From an uncultured Acidobacteriota bacterium (lineage in GTDB: Bacteria; Acidobacteriota; Vicinamibacteria; Vicinamibacterales; UBA2999): a stretch of DNA of 64,000 bases. The notes beneath the pieces were generated by a model. That model ran no database searches, was not told the DNA's origin, and was given only the letters and a program-made list of their open reading frames with translations. A program made the position numbers and the translations under genes. Location: contig CAVTIA010000012.1 in assembly GCA_963734635.1 (NCBI GenBank), positions 71,205 to 135,204 on the forward strand. The letters run 5' to 3'. Below are positions 9,729 through 20,340 of the stretch, piece after piece (within the stretch, counting starts at the first letter, position 1; each line of letters starts with the position of its first letter).

Positions 9729-10652
9729 ATGCGGATGCAGAAGCCGGCACAGGCTGGCGACGAGATTGGGCCTGAAACGAGATCCGAACTCCACCGCTGG
9801 GTGAGCGAGCACCTCTCGCTGCCGTCGGAGGAGGAGCAGGCGCTCCTCGACGCATTCGACAGCGTCTTCATGCACCACGAGCGCCTCTGGCAGCAATCCA
9901 AGCAGGAAGCGATTCAGGCTATCTCAGCCGGATTTGCCGAACGCCTGAACCGGATGCGCAACGAGCTGACTGCGCGTGACGCCACGGTGAGCAGCATCGC
10001 GCGCTACTTCGAGGACCTGGTAGCCGACCTCACCGATAAAGTCCACCGCGATCCCAAGACCCGCCTGATGAACGTCCGGCGGTTCATCGAGCAGCTCGAA
10101 GCGTTTCTGGCCCTCGAACAGCGCGGCCACTGGTGTGCGATCGGCCTGGTCGATATCACGTCGTTCAAGTCCTATAACGACACCCTCGGTCACGCCCTCG
10201 GCGACAAAATCATCGACCGTGTGGCGCGGCTGTTGCGCGAACAGGTCCGATCCGACGACGTGATTGCCAAGGAAATAGGGGAGCTGCGTTTCGCGCAGGA
10301 CCTGCACGCGCGGTTCGGGGGAGACGAATTCTGCTTTCTGATTCCCGATCTTGCTCAGTCGAGCGCGGCGGATGTGATCGCGGAACGGTTTCGCGAAGCC
10401 GTCGAGCGCTGCGACTGGAACGCCGTCGATCCCCGATTGGCCGAGAGGCCGGTCAACGTGGACGTCGGCGTGGTCTGCCTGCAACTCGGGCCGGTGCACG
10501 AGCGCCGGCCGTTCGCCCGGCAGCTCGCGAATGATCTACTCACGCGCGCCGACAAACTGATGTACGAAGCCAAGGCGCAGGGTTCCCGCCGCATCGCGTC
10601 GCTGAACGTTCGGGTTCTTAACGGCGGGCTCCATCCTGTAAGTACTGATTAA
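9729..10652 (+). CDS. GGDEF-domain diguanylate cyclase
   Basis: ..RFGGDEFCFLI.. active-site motif, ..GDKIIDRVARLL.., C-terminal ..ADKLMYEAKAQG... Start at ATG 9729 (an in-frame upstream TTG at 9693 is possible). Confidence 0.8.
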   Translation: MRMQKPAQAGDEIGPETRSELHRWVSEHLSLPSEEEQALLDAFDSVFMHHERLWQQSKQEAIQAISAGFAERLNRMRNELTARDATVSSIARYFEDLVADLTDKVHRDPKTRLMNVRRFIEQLEAFLALEQRGHWCAIGLVDITSFKSYNDTLGHALGDKIIDRVARLLREQVRSDDVIAKEIGELRFAQDLHARFGGDEFCFLIPDLAQSSAADVIAERFREAVERCDWNAVDPRLAERPVNVDVGVVCLQLGPVHERRPFARQLANDLLTRADKLMYEAKAQGSRRIASLNVRVLNGGLHPVSTD

Positions 10653-10719
10653 CCCGACAGCCGCCAGGCACTCCAGGCACTCAAAAACCGCGTGCTACAC
10701 TTGAGACTTTCCGCCGCAC

Positions 10720-10795
10720 GGTGGGTGTAGCTCAGGGGTAGAGCGCCTGACTGTGGCTCAGGAAGTCGCGGGTTCGAGACCCGTCACCCACCCCA
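10720..10795 (+). tRNA. tRNA-His: tRNA-His (anticodon GTG)
   Basis: Cloverleaf read by hand. Acceptor GTGGGTG/CACCCAC with an encoded G-1 (10720) opposite C73. Anticodon loop CTGTGGC. T-arm GCGGG-TTCGAGA-CCCGT. CCA is encoded. Confidence 0.9.
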
Positions 10796-10804
10796 ATCTC
10801 CACA

Positions 10805-11167
10805 TCAATCCGCGCCGCCTCCCTCGAGCTCGCGATCATGAATCGTGTCCTCGTCCAACAGACGCGTCGGATCCGACGGCGGCGTATCGGCGCCGGAGAA
10901 CCGTCCCCCGATCGATCCGGGTTGACGATACGTCAGAGTGGACGCGTCTCTCTCGCCTGGAATCGGCTCCTCGGCTACAGACGCCGGTCCACGGCGAGCG
11001 CGCGGTGCGCGATGCGCCGGCAGCTCCAGTCCGCCGCTGGCCGCCAGCGTGTCGGTGCTTGCAGGTCCGCTGACCGGCCGCAACGAAGCCTCGCGCATCG
11101 TCTCGTGATCCCATCGCCCGCCACCGGGCGGTGTCCGGCCGCTCTCGTGATCGACCTCACTGGTCAT
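10805..11167 (-). CDS. hypothetical acidic/disordered protein (weak call)
   Basis: ORF 10805..11284, with a possible start at MTSEVDHES. The opposite-strand ORF is Arg-rich, which is typical of antisense artefacts. No motif recognised. Confidence 0.3.
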   Translation of the reverse strand: MTSEVDHESGRTPPGGGRWDHETMREASLRPVSGPASTDTLAASGGLELPAHRAPRARRGPASVAEEPIPGERDASTLTYRQPGSIGGRFSGADTPPSDPTRLLDEDTIHDRELEGGGAD

Positions 11168-11325
11168 GAAGCAAAGGCGTTCACGAGTTGTACCGCGGGA
11201 CCGGCAATGTGTCGACCATGTAGCTGAACTGTAGACCGGCATGCGGACTGCCGCGGCAATTCCGGTCAACCGTCCCGTCCGCATGACGGTCCCCAGCGCG
11301 CGGAGCGCGCCAAGCAGGCGCTGTC

Positions 11326-11372
11326 AACCAGCCAAGGGCATTAACCGGGTATCTACAGGCCCTTGGCTGGTT
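11326..11372 (+). promoter_or_regulatory. perfect 14-bp inverted repeat AACCAGCCAAGGGC-N19-GCCCTTGGCTGGTT upstream of glgX
   Basis: Arms at 11326..11339 and 11359..11372. It ends 31 nt before the glgX ATG (11404). Confidence 0.5.
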
Positions 11373-11403
11373 AAATGGCAGAGGTTTTGAACTGTGCGGC
11401 TCG

Positions 11404-13585
11404 ATGCGCATCTGGCCCGGCCAGCCGTATCCGCTCGGCGCTACGTGGACAGGCCTCGGCGTCAACTTCGCAATCTACTCCGCTAACGCCACGCGCGTTG
11501 AGTTGTGTCTATTCGACGCGGAACACCTCGACCGCGCGCCTACGTCGCTGCCGCTCCCGGAGCACACGGACATGGTGTGGCATGGCTATCTTCCGGACAT
11601 TCGGCCAGGGCAGTTGTATGGATACCGCGTGCATGGCCCATACGAACCGGAGGCCGGACATCGTTTCAATCCGAACAAGGTTGTCGTCGATCCATACGCA
11701 AAAGCCATCGGACGCCCGGTCCGATGGGACGACTCGATGTTCGGCTACGAAATCGGCAACCCCAAAGCAGACCTCTCCTTCGACACGCGCGACAACGCGC
11801 GATTCGCGCCGCTCGCGGGCGTGATCGATCCCGCATTCACATGGGGCGAGGATCGGGCGCCGCGCACGCCGTGGCACAAGACGGTCATCTATGAAATGCA
11901 CGTCAAGGGCTTCAGCCGGCTCCATCCAGGCATTCCCGAGCGGCTCCGCGGGACCTACGAGGCGTTAACCACAGAGGCGGCACTCGAGCACCTGACGCGC
12001 CTGGGTGTCACAGCCGTGGAACTGATGCCGGTGCACCATCACGCGTACGAGCGTCACCTTGCCGAGCGGGGGCTGTCGAACTACTGGGGATACAACACCC
12101 TCACCTTCTTCGCCCCCGATTTGCGCTACTCGACCTCAGGCAAACCGGCAGAGGCCGCGCGGGAATTCAAGCTGATGGTCAAGGCGCTCCACAGCGCGGG
12201 CATAGAAGTGATCCTCGATGTCGTGTACAACCACACGGCCGAAGGCAATCAGCTTGGACCTACCCAGTCGCTGCGGGGCATCGACAATGCCGCGTACTAT
12301 CGGCTCGTCCACGACAACCGGCGCTATTATCTGGACTTCACCGGCTGCGGCAACACACTGAACATGCAGAGCCCCCAGGTGCTGCAGCTCATCATGGACA
12401 GCCTGCGGTACTGGGTGCTCGAGATGCACGTCGACGGCTTCCGATTCGACCTGGCCAGCACGCTTGCGCGCGAGCTGTACGAAGTCGATCGACTCGGCGC
12501 CTTCTTCGACATCATTCATCAAGACCCCGCCATCGGCCAGGTGAAGTTGATTGCCGAGCCGTGGGACCTCGGTGCCGGCGGCTACCAGGTGGGCAACTTT
12601 CCCGTGCACTGGACCGAGTGGAACGGGCGCTATCGCGATGCGATGCGCGCGTTCTGGAAAGGCGACGGTCGCGGAGTTGCCGAGGTGGCAACGCGCATCG
12701 CCGGGAGCAACGACCTGTACGAACATAGCGGCCGGCGGCCGTACGCCAGTATCAACTTCATCACGGCGCACGACGGGTTCACGATGCAGGACCTCGTGAG
12801 CTACGACCAGAAGCACAACGAAGCCAACGGCGACAACAACGAGGATGGCGAGAACCACAATCTGAGCTGGAACTGCGGCGCAGAAGGACCAACCGGCGAT
12901 CCGGGCGTCCTCGCCCTTCGCGAGCGGCAGAAACGGAATCTCATCGCGTCGCTGATGCTTTCGGTGGGGGTGCCGATGATCAGTGGGGGCGACGAGATGG
13001 GACGTACGCAGCAGGGCAACAACAACGCGTACTGTCAGGACAACGAGATCAGCTGGACAAGCTGGGATCTGTCACTCGCCGAACAGCAGTTTCTCGCATT
13101 TACACGCCGTCTCGTGCGGTTTCGGCAATCCCAGCCGGTGCTGATGCGGCGAAAATACTTCCAGGGACGTCCCATTCGCGGCGTCGACGTCAAAGATATC
13201 TACTGGCTCGATTCGTCGGGACGTGAGATGACAGACGAGGCGTGGAATGCGCCCACCGTGACGATCGCTCGGCGTGCTGATGGTCGGCGACGCGCTGGAC
13301 GAGATCGACGAACGGGGCCGTCCAGTTCGAGGCGACACGCTGCTGATCCTGTTGAATGCGCACCCTGAAGAAACGCCATTTACGGTGCCGAGCATCGGAC
13401 CACGTACCACATGGCTTCGCGTGATCGATACGATGGCGGCACGTGTCGAAGAGTGCCGGTATCCGGGCGGGTCCACCTACCCGCTGCAGGGACGCACGTT
13501 GGCGCTTTTCGTCTTGAGCATGGAACGCCGCGAGCGCGCAGCGAGCCCGTCGGATTCAACGAATGAGCCGCAGAGAACCGACTGA
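11404..13585 (+). pseudogene. glgX: glycogen debranching enzyme GlgX, apparent frameshift near 13258-13273
   Basis: GH13 motifs [31 protein letters not shown]. Frame 1 ends in an Arg-rich tail. Frame 2 (13262 onward) continues ..[34 protein letters not shown].. to the stop at 13585. Confidence 0.8.
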
Positions 13586-15707
13586 CCATCCCCGTTCCGG
13601 GGCCATCGAGATGGCCGGCGTTCGAAACGGCGACGAGCCGAACCGTGCACGAATACCGTCGCGCGTGGTGATCGAGCGCATGCAGCCGCAAATCGACTGC
13701 GGCCGCTTCCCCGTGAAGCGCACGATCGGCGAAGCGCTCTTCGTCAGCGCGGACGTGTTCGCCGACGGACACGATCGGCTGGCCGGCGTGCTGCAGTATC
13801 GCCACTGTCATGGGGATTGGCGTGAAGTTCCGCTGACGTCGCTTGGCAACGACTCCTGGGGCGCGTCGTTCACAGTGACGCAGATCGGCGAATACGAATA
13901 CACGATGGAAGCGTGGATCGATCAGTTCGGATCGTGGCTCGCTGCGCTCTCCGCGAAAGCCGATGCCGGTCAGGACGTCGAAAACGAGTTGATTGAGGGA
14001 GGGAAGATTGTCGAGCGCGCGGCGGCAACGGTCCGGCTAAAGCCGGACGCCACGTACGACACGGTCCGGCTAAAGCCGGACACTACGTACGGTGGGAGTA
14101 CGCACGACGAGGAGGCCCGGCGGCTGCTGGAAATTGCGGCGGTCCTGCGAAGCAATCTCGCACAGCCGGTGCGGGTGGCGGCGGCCCGTGATCCCGAGCT
14201 CGCGCGGCTCATGAATTCCCGCCCCGACAGAAGCGCGGCCGCAACGGCGGACCGTCCTCTCAAGGTGATCGGCGATCCCGTGCGGGCGCGATTTGGCGCC
14301 TGGTACGAGCTGTTCGCGCGCTCCTGCACGAGCGACGCCGAACGACCCGGCACGCTGCGCGACGTCGAACGCCGACTCCCGGAGATCGCCGACCTCGGCT
14401 TCGACGTCCTCTACCTCGCACCCATCCACCCGATCGGATCCACCAACCGCAAGGGTCGAAACAACGCGCTCCGCGCGGCTGCCGGCGATCCGGGCAGCCC
14501 CTGGGCCATCGGATCGGATGCGGGGGGCCATACGGCGATCGATCCTGAACTCGGCACGCTCGAAGACTTCGATCGCCTTGTCGCCACCGCCGGGCACGTC
14601 GGAATTGATATCGCGCTCGATCTGGCGTTTCAGGTGTCGCCCGACCATCCCTGGACGAAGTCGCAGCCGGCATGGTTCCAGCACCGTGCGGATGGCTCGA
14701 TCAAGTACGCCGAGAATCCGCCGAAGAAGTACCAGGACATCTACCCCTTCGACTTCGAAACCGACGACTGGCGCGCGCTATGGGACAGCCTGCGGGATGT
14801 CGTGCTGTTCTGGGTCGCCCACGGCGTCAGGATTTTCCGCGTCGACAATCCGCATACGAAGCCGTTCGCGTTCTGGGAGTGGCTGATTGCCGACGTCCGC
14901 CGCCGGCATCCGGATGTGATCTTCCTCTCCGAAGCCTTCACCCGACCCAAGGTGATGCGGCGCCTCGCGAAGCTCGGGTTCAATCAGTCGTACACGTACT
15001 TCACCTGGCGGAATACGGCGCAGGAGTTGAGGGAGTATCTGACCGAGCTCACGCGCACGGAAACGCAGGAATATCTGCGGCCCAACTTCTTCGCCAACAC
15101 ACCAGACATCCTTCACGAGTACTTGCAACGCGGCGGGCGCCCCGCCTTCGAAGTCCGCCTGATTCTTGCCGCGACGCTGGCGGCAAGCTACGGCATCTAC
15201 AGCGGCTTCGAGCTCTGCGAGAACGCTGCCGTCAGCCCGGGCTCGGAGGAGTACCTGCACTCAGAAAAGTACGAGATTCGCCCGCGCAGCTGGAATCAAC
15301 CGGGCGCTCTCAACGAGCTTATTGCGCGCGTAAACCGAATCAGGCGCGAACATCGAGCACTGCAGTTCAACGGCACGCTGGCGTTCCACGAGGTCGAGAA
15401 TCGCGCGTTGCTGTGGTTCAGCAAGACGCCGCCCTCGAACGGGGTGGATCAATTCGATCCGCCTGGACCCGACTGGAATGCGCAAGTGTTTGTCGTCGCG
15501 AACACCGATCCTCACGGCATGCAGCACGGCCGCGTGCGCGTGCCGCTCCTGGAGCTCGGCCTGGACCCCCGCCAGCCGTACATCGTCGAAGATCTGCTCG
15601 ACGAGGCGCGTTACACCTGGCAGGGCGAATGGAACTATGTAAAGCTGGATCCTGCCGAGCGGATGGCACACATCTTCATCATTCGAACCCGTGTCTCAGA
15701 TAAGTGA
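13563..15707 (+). CDS. glgE: alpha-1,4-glucan:maltose-1-phosphate maltosyltransferase GlgE
   Basis: ..[24 protein letters not shown].., ..[22 protein letters not shown].., ..[12 protein letters not shown].., ..[13 protein letters not shown]... The ORF stays intact despite the internal repeat. Confidence 0.85.
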   Translation: MSRREPTDHPRSGAIEMAGVRNGDEPNRARIPSRVVIERMQPQIDCGRFPVKRTIGEALFVSADVFADGHDRLAGVLQYRHCHGDWREVPLTSLGNDSWGASFTVTQIGEYEYTMEAWIDQFGSWLAALSAKADAGQDVENELIEGGKIVERAAATVRLKPDATYDTVRLKPDTTYGGSTHDEEARRLLEIAAVLRSNLAQPVRVAAARDPELARLMNSRPDRSAAATADRPLKVIGDPVRARFGAWYELFARSCTSDAERPGTLRDVERRLPEIADLGFDVLYLAPIHPIGSTNRKGRNNALRAAAGDPGSPWAIGSDAGGHTAIDPELGTLEDFDRLVATAGHVGIDIALDLAFQVSPDHPWTKSQPAWFQHRADGSIKYAENPPKKYQDIYPFDFETDDWRALWDSLRDVVLFWVAHGVRIFRVDNPHTKPFAFWEWLIADVRRRHPDVIFLSEAFTRPKVMRRLAKLGFNQSYTYFTWRNTAQELREYLTELTRTETQEYLRPNFFANTPDILHEYLQRGGRPAFEVRLILAATLAASYGIYSGFELCENAAVSPGSEEYLHSEKYEIRPRSWNQPGALNELIARVNRIRREHRALQFNGTLAFHEVENRALLWFSKTPPSNGVDQFDPPGPDWNAQVFVVANTDPHGMQHGRVRVPLLELGLDPRQPYIVEDLLDEARYTWQGEWNYVKLDPAERMAHIFIIRTRVSDK
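14028..14093 (-). repeat. REP-like element type A, 2 x 33-nt tandem, inside the glgE reading frame
   Basis: Units at 14028..14060 and 14061..14093. Each has the hairpin GTCCGGC-TAAA-GCCGGAC. The reverse complement of 14063..14089 is identical (27/27) to the cores at 48728 and 48761. Translated as [22 protein letters not shown]. Confidence 0.9.
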
Positions 15708-18700
15708 CTCCGATCCGCTCTGGTACAAAGACGCAATCATCTACGAGGTGCACGTCCGCGCTTTCTACGACAGCAATGCGGACGGCATAGGCGATTTCCC
15801 CGGGCTCACACAGAAGCTTCCGTACCTGCACGACCTCGGCGTCACGTGCCTGTGGCTGCTGCCCTTCTATCCGTCTCCGCTTCGAGACGACGGGTACGAC
15901 ATTGCAGACTACACGTCGATCAACCCCATCTACGGCACATTGGACGACTTCAAGCGGCTCGTCGACGCAGCGCACGCCCTGAACATCCGCATCTTGACCG
16001 AGCTCGTCATCAACCACACATCCGACCAGCATCCATGGTTTCAACGCGCCCGCCGTGCGCCGAAGGGCTCGCGCGAGCGCGACTACTACGTCTGGAGCGA
16101 CACCGATACGGAGTACGCAGGCACACGCATCATCTTTACGGACACGGAACAATCGAACTGGACCCACGATCCGGTCGCAGGCCAGTACTACTGGCACCGC
16201 TTTTTTTCGCACCAGCCCGACTTGAATCTCGACAACCCCGAAGTGCTGGGCGAAATCCGCGACATCATGCGGTTCTGGCTCGACCTTGGGGTCGATGCGC
16301 TGAGGCTCGACGCGATTCCCTACCTGATTGAGCGCGAGGGCACCATCAACGAGAACCTGCCCGAGACTCACGCCATCCTCAAGTTGCTCCGGCACGAGCT
16401 CGATGAGCGCTACAGCGGGCGGGCGCTGCTGGCGGAGGCGAATCAGTGGCCGTCCGACGTCCGTGCGTACTTCGGCGACGGCGACGAATGCCACATGGCC
16501 TTCCACTTTCCGCTCATGCCTCGCATGTTCATGGCCCTGCGCCAGGAAGACCGTCATCCGATCGTCGAGATTCTCAATCAGACCCCGGAGATTCCGGAGT
16601 CGTGCCAGTGGACCATCTTCCTGCGCAACCACGACGAGCTGACGCTGGAGATGGTGACCGACGAAGAGCGGGACTACATGTACTCGCAGTACGCCGCCGA
16701 TCCCCAGATGCGGGTCAACGTGGGGATCCGGCGGAGGCTCGCGCCGCTCATGGAAAACAGCCGCCCGCGCATCGAGCTGATGAACAGTCTGCTGCTGTCG
16801 CTGCCGGGTACGCCAATCGTCTACTACGGTGACGAGATCGGCATGGGCGACAACGTGTACCTCGGCGATCGCAACGGCGTTCGCACGCCGATGCAGTGGA
16901 GCAGCGATCGGAACGCGGGGTTTTCCCGCGCCGACCCGGCCCGGTTGTTCGGCCCCGTCATCATGGATCCGGTGTACGGCTACGAAGCGATCAACGTCGA
17001 GGCGCAGGAGCGTTCGCCGTTCTCGCTGCTCCACTGGATGAAGCGAATGATCGCCCTCAGGAAGCAGCAGCCGGTCTTCGGGCGCGGCTCACTGCAGTTC
17101 ATTCCGACGGCCAACCGCAAGGTGCTCGTCTATCTGCGGCGCCACGAGCGCGACAGCATCCTCTGCGTCGCCAACCTCTCGCGGAACGTTCAACCGGTTG
17201 AAATCCCGCTCGCGCCCTTCGCCGGGCTCACGCCAGTGGAGATGTGGGGCCAAACCGAGTTCCCCCGGATCGGCGAGCATCCGTATTTCCTGACGCTCGC
17301 GCCGTACGGTTTCTATTGGTTCCAGCTGCAGGAGGTGGTGGCGCCCATTACGGCTCGAACGGCGCCTGCCCCCGAGGAGCTCGCAGCGCTGCCATCGCTC
17401 TTCTCCGGTGTCGTGTGGGAATCGATCCTCGACGGCGGCCTGCGCACCATCGTCGAGCGGCACGCGCTGGTTCCGTTTCTGCATCGGCAGCGGTGGTTCG
17501 GTGCGAAGGCACGGTCGCTCGCTGCCGCACGGTTCGTCGACTGGGCACTGCTGCGCAATGGACCGACTCCCGCGTTTCTCACGCTCGTGGAAACCGAATT
17601 CCACGACGGCGGTCGCGACCGGTATCTTGTGCCGCTGGCAACGGTCAACGGCAGCGACGCGGAACTGTTCGAGCACGAGCACGCCGGGGCTGCGGTGGCG
17701 CGCATCACGGGCGCCCGAAAAGGCCTGGTGTTCGACGGTCTCTTCGACGACGAAGTCTGCGACAAGCTGCTCGGCATACTCCAGGAGAGTCGGGAACTGC
17801 CGATGCGACGCGGCCGCGTTATCGGCACGGCGAGGCAACTCCCGCCGGGCCCGGAGCCACTCAGGCCAATCGTGCGAGCGCTCGACCACAGCAACTCATC
17901 GATCCTGTTCGACAAGCGCGTGATCATGAAGCTGTTCCGGAGGCTCGAGACCGGCCCGCACCCGGACGTCGAACTGAGCGAATTCCTCGGGTCGCGCAGT
18001 TTTACGCGCGTGCCGCCGGCTGGCGGGCACTTGTCGTATCTGCGTGACGGATACGAACCGACGTCGCTCGCCCTGCTCCATCTGTACGTCTACAACCAGG
18101 GAAACGGATGGCAGGTGACCATCGAGGAGCTCGGCCGGTACTTCGAGCAGGCCGCGACGCGTCCACCGCTGCGACCCGACGCGACGGCAGACGCCGGTAC
18201 AGGCGCGGATCGAGAGAGTCCACCCGCAGAGGTCGTCGAAGCGATCGGCGCGTATCTCAGGCTCGCCGAGGTCCTGGGGCGCCGCACGGGTGAACTTCAC
18301 GTGGAGCTCGCCGAAGCGGCCGGAGACCCGGCATTCACGCCGGAGCGGTACACCGCCGACGATCTCGCCGGCGAAGCGGCCACGATGCTTGCGAACGCTG
18401 AGAAGCAGCTTGTGCTGCTCGAAGAGTCGCTGCATCGCCTCGACGAACGCCGTCAAGAGCTGGCGCGCAACCTGCTCGCCCGCCGGGACGATCTTCTGCG
18501 TCCCTTCCAGGGCATGCGGCAACTCGATGACGCGGGGGTCCGCATCCGCGTCCACGGCGACTATCACCTCGGACAGGTGCTCGTGACCGAAGGCGACATC
18601 ATGATCATCGACTTCGAAGGCGAGCCGTCCCGCTCGCTCGTCGAGCGGCGGGCGAAGAGCTCGCCGCTGCGCGACGTCGCCGGCATGCTGCAGTCGTTCA

Positions 18701-19023
18701 CTTATGCAGCGCTGACGGGCCTCGGAGCCGCCACGCTCAGGCGCCCCGACGACGTGGAGCGGCTCGCACCGTGGGCGCACCTGTGGGAGAACTGGGTCGC
18801 GAGGACGTTCGTTCAGGCATACCTGGCGGCAACACGGCACACCTCTTTCCTGCCGTCCAGCAGCGAACATCTCGAGGAGATGCTCTCCGTCTTCATCCTC
18901 GATAAGGCGTTGTACGAGCTCGGGTACGAGCTGAACAATCGGCCAGAGTGGGTGCATATTCCGCTGGCGGGGCTGTTGCGCCCGCGAACAGCGCTCCGAG
19001 TGCGAACTGCGCTTCCCGCGTGA
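15691..19023 (+). CDS. treS: trehalose synthase / maltokinase fusion (TreS-Pep2)
   Basis: N-terminal GH13 TreS motifs ([42 protein letters not shown]). C-terminal kinase motifs ([20 protein letters not shown]). 1110 aa. GTG start overlaps the glgE end by 17 nt. Confidence 0.85.
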   Translation: MSQISDSDPLWYKDAIIYEVHVRAFYDSNADGIGDFPGLTQKLPYLHDLGVTCLWLLPFYPSPLRDDGYDIADYTSINPIYGTLDDFKRLVDAAHALNIRILTELVINHTSDQHPWFQRARRAPKGSRERDYYVWSDTDTEYAGTRIIFTDTEQSNWTHDPVAGQYYWHRFFSHQPDLNLDNPEVLGEIRDIMRFWLDLGVDALRLDAIPYLIEREGTINENLPETHAILKLLRHELDERYSGRALLAEANQWPSDVRAYFGDGDECHMAFHFPLMPRMFMALRQEDRHPIVEILNQTPEIPESCQWTIFLRNHDELTLEMVTDEERDYMYSQYAADPQMRVNVGIRRRLAPLMENSRPRIELMNSLLLSLPGTPIVYYGDEIGMGDNVYLGDRNGVRTPMQWSSDRNAGFSRADPARLFGPVIMDPVYGYEAINVEAQERSPFSLLHWMKRMIALRKQQPVFGRGSLQFIPTANRKVLVYLRRHERDSILCVANLSRNVQPVEIPLAPFAGLTPVEMWGQTEFPRIGEHPYFLTLAPYGFYWFQLQEVVAPITARTAPAPEELAALPSLFSGVVWESILDGGLRTIVERHALVPFLHRQRWFGAKARSLAAARFVDWALLRNGPTPAFLTLVETEFHDGGRDRYLVPLATVNGSDAELFEHEHAGAAVARITGARKGLVFDGLFDDEVCDKLLGILQESRELPMRRGRVIGTARQLPPGPEPLRPIVRALDHSNSSILFDKRVIMKLFRRLETGPHPDVELSEFLGSRSFTRVPPAGGHLSYLRDGYEPTSLALLHLYVYNQGNGWQVTIEELGRYFEQAATRPPLRPDATADAGTGADRESPPAEVVEAIGAYLRLAEVLGRRTGELHVELAEAAGDPAFTPERYTADDLAGEAATMLANAEKQLVLLEESLHRLDERRQELARNLLARRDDLLRPFQGMRQLDDAGVRIRVHGDYHLGQVLVTEGDIMIIDFEGEPSRSLVERRAKSSPLRDVAGMLQSFTYAALTGLGAATLRRPDDVERLAPWAHLWENWVARTFVQAYLAATRHTSFLPSSSEHLEEMLSVFILDKALYELGYELNNRPEWVHIPLAGLLRPRTALRVRTALPA

Positions 19024-19154
19024 AACACGGCGTTCCAACCTGGCCGCCGCTCACGAGAACCTGAGCACGGGTCTTGCACCGGTGCGCGAAACCCGAGCGG
19101 CGGCAAGCCCGCTCGCCCAGAATCGAGACACGGGGAAAGTTGGGACTACGAACC

Positions 19155-19394
19155 ATGCCGAAAAAAAGCGCGGACGCACCTGCGTCCCTCGGCCCATCGC
19201 CCTCGCGCTCACCGCGCGCACGTGCGGCTGACACAGCACGGGGCGGCAGCACGGGAAATATCGAGCTGAACCATAACGACATTGCCGAGGCCGCTTATCA
19301 GCGGTACCTGAGCCGTGGAGGAGCACACGGACAGGACGTCGACGACTGGATGGAAGCTGAGCGCGCACTGCGCTCCCGGCGCGTTTCGCGTTAG
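19155..19394 (+). CDS. DUF2934-like small protein
   Basis: ..DIAEAAYQRYLSRGGAHGQDVDDWMEAERAL.. matches the conserved DUF2934 core (from memory). ATG at 19155. Confidence 0.55.
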   Translation: MPKKSADAPASLGPSPSRSPRARAADTARGGSTGNIELNHNDIAEAAYQRYLSRGGAHGQDVDDWMEAERALRSRRVSR

Positions 19395-19490
19395 TCGCGC
19401 GTAACCGCACGTCCGCATATGGCACTGCGGCCCTCTATGGGCCGCGTCATGCCTGCATGGCAGGCGTGTGTCTTGCACGATCGCACCCGC

Positions 19491-20337
19491 ATGGCGCGAG
19501 CGCTCTGGAAAGGTTCAATTGCCTTCGGCCTGGTCAACATTCCTGTAGAGCTGCATACAGCGGTACGCGACTCGCGGCCTCGCTTCCGCCTGCTGCATGG
19601 TGATGATCACTCTCCCGTGAAATTCGAGCGGGTATGTGTGCGCGAAGGCAAGCCGGTCGCCTGGGAGGAACTCGTCAAAGGGTACGAATACGAGAAGGGC
19701 CGATTCGTTGTGCTCACCAAGGAGGACTTCCGGGCAGCCGCGCTCGAAAAGAGCCGGACGATCGACATCCGCAGCTTCGTGAAGGGTGAAGAGATCGACG
19801 ATCGGTTCTTCGAAAGCTCGGTACTATCTGCTCCCCGCCAAGGGAGGCGAACGCGCGTATGCGCTGCTCCGCGAAGCCATGCGTGACACTGGCCTGGTGG
19901 GGGTCGCCACGATCGTGCTCCGCGACGCGCAGCATCTTGCGGCGCTCGAAGTCGCCGACGAGGCCCTGGTCCTCACCCAGATGCGCTACGCGGAAGAGCT
20001 GGTCGACCCCTCGCAGTATTCGTTCCCTCTCGCGAAGGACATCAGGAAACCCGAGCTCGCGATGGCGGAGACGCTCGTGAAGAACCTCGCCGGCAAGTGG
20101 AATCCCGAGCGCTACCGCGACGAGTACCGCGACAACCTGATGAAAATCATCAAGGCCAAGAAGAAAGGCACCTCGCCGAAGCTCGTGGCCCACGCAGAAC
20201 CGCAGCGCGCGGAGGTCGTCGATCTGATGGAGCGGCTGCGCCAGTCGCTGCAGGAAGCGGGCGGGCCAGCCCGGAAATCCTCACGAGCCAGAAAGACGAA
20301 GAAGAAGACGGCCTCCGCGCGAAAGAAGGCGGCGTAG
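19491..20337 (+). pseudogene. ku: Ku DNA end-binding protein, frameshift near 19812-19822
   Basis: MARALWKGSIAFGLVNIPVELHTA.. in frame 3 up to ..EIDDRFFE. Frame 1 continues ..KARYYLLPAKGGERAYALLREAM.. to a Lys-rich tail. The junction lies at GAAAGC (an A-run apparently one base short). Confidence 0.8.
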
Positions 20338-20340
20338 CTC

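Noticed and set aside
13255-13275. Programmed ribosomal frameshifting as an explanation for the glgX (and ku, 19812) frame changes
   Set aside because: There is no slippery heptamer (X XXY YYZ) or downstream stimulatory structure at either site, and these families are not known to use recoding. Mutation or sequencing error is simpler.
14028-14093. Possible CRISPR array (regular 33-nt period; also at 48728..48787)
   Set aside because: There are only two units per locus, the spacers are 6 nt, the units are internally palindromic, and no cas genes are present. This matches REP-like elements, not CRISPR.
15679-19038. Long minus-strand ORFs (15679..17034, 451 aa; 17089..17889; 17896..19038, 380 aa) opposite treS-pep2
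   Set aside because: Their translations are Arg/Ala/Val-rich with no motifs, and they exactly shadow a gene with strong GH13 and kinase motifs. This is the typical antisense open frame of high-GC DNA.
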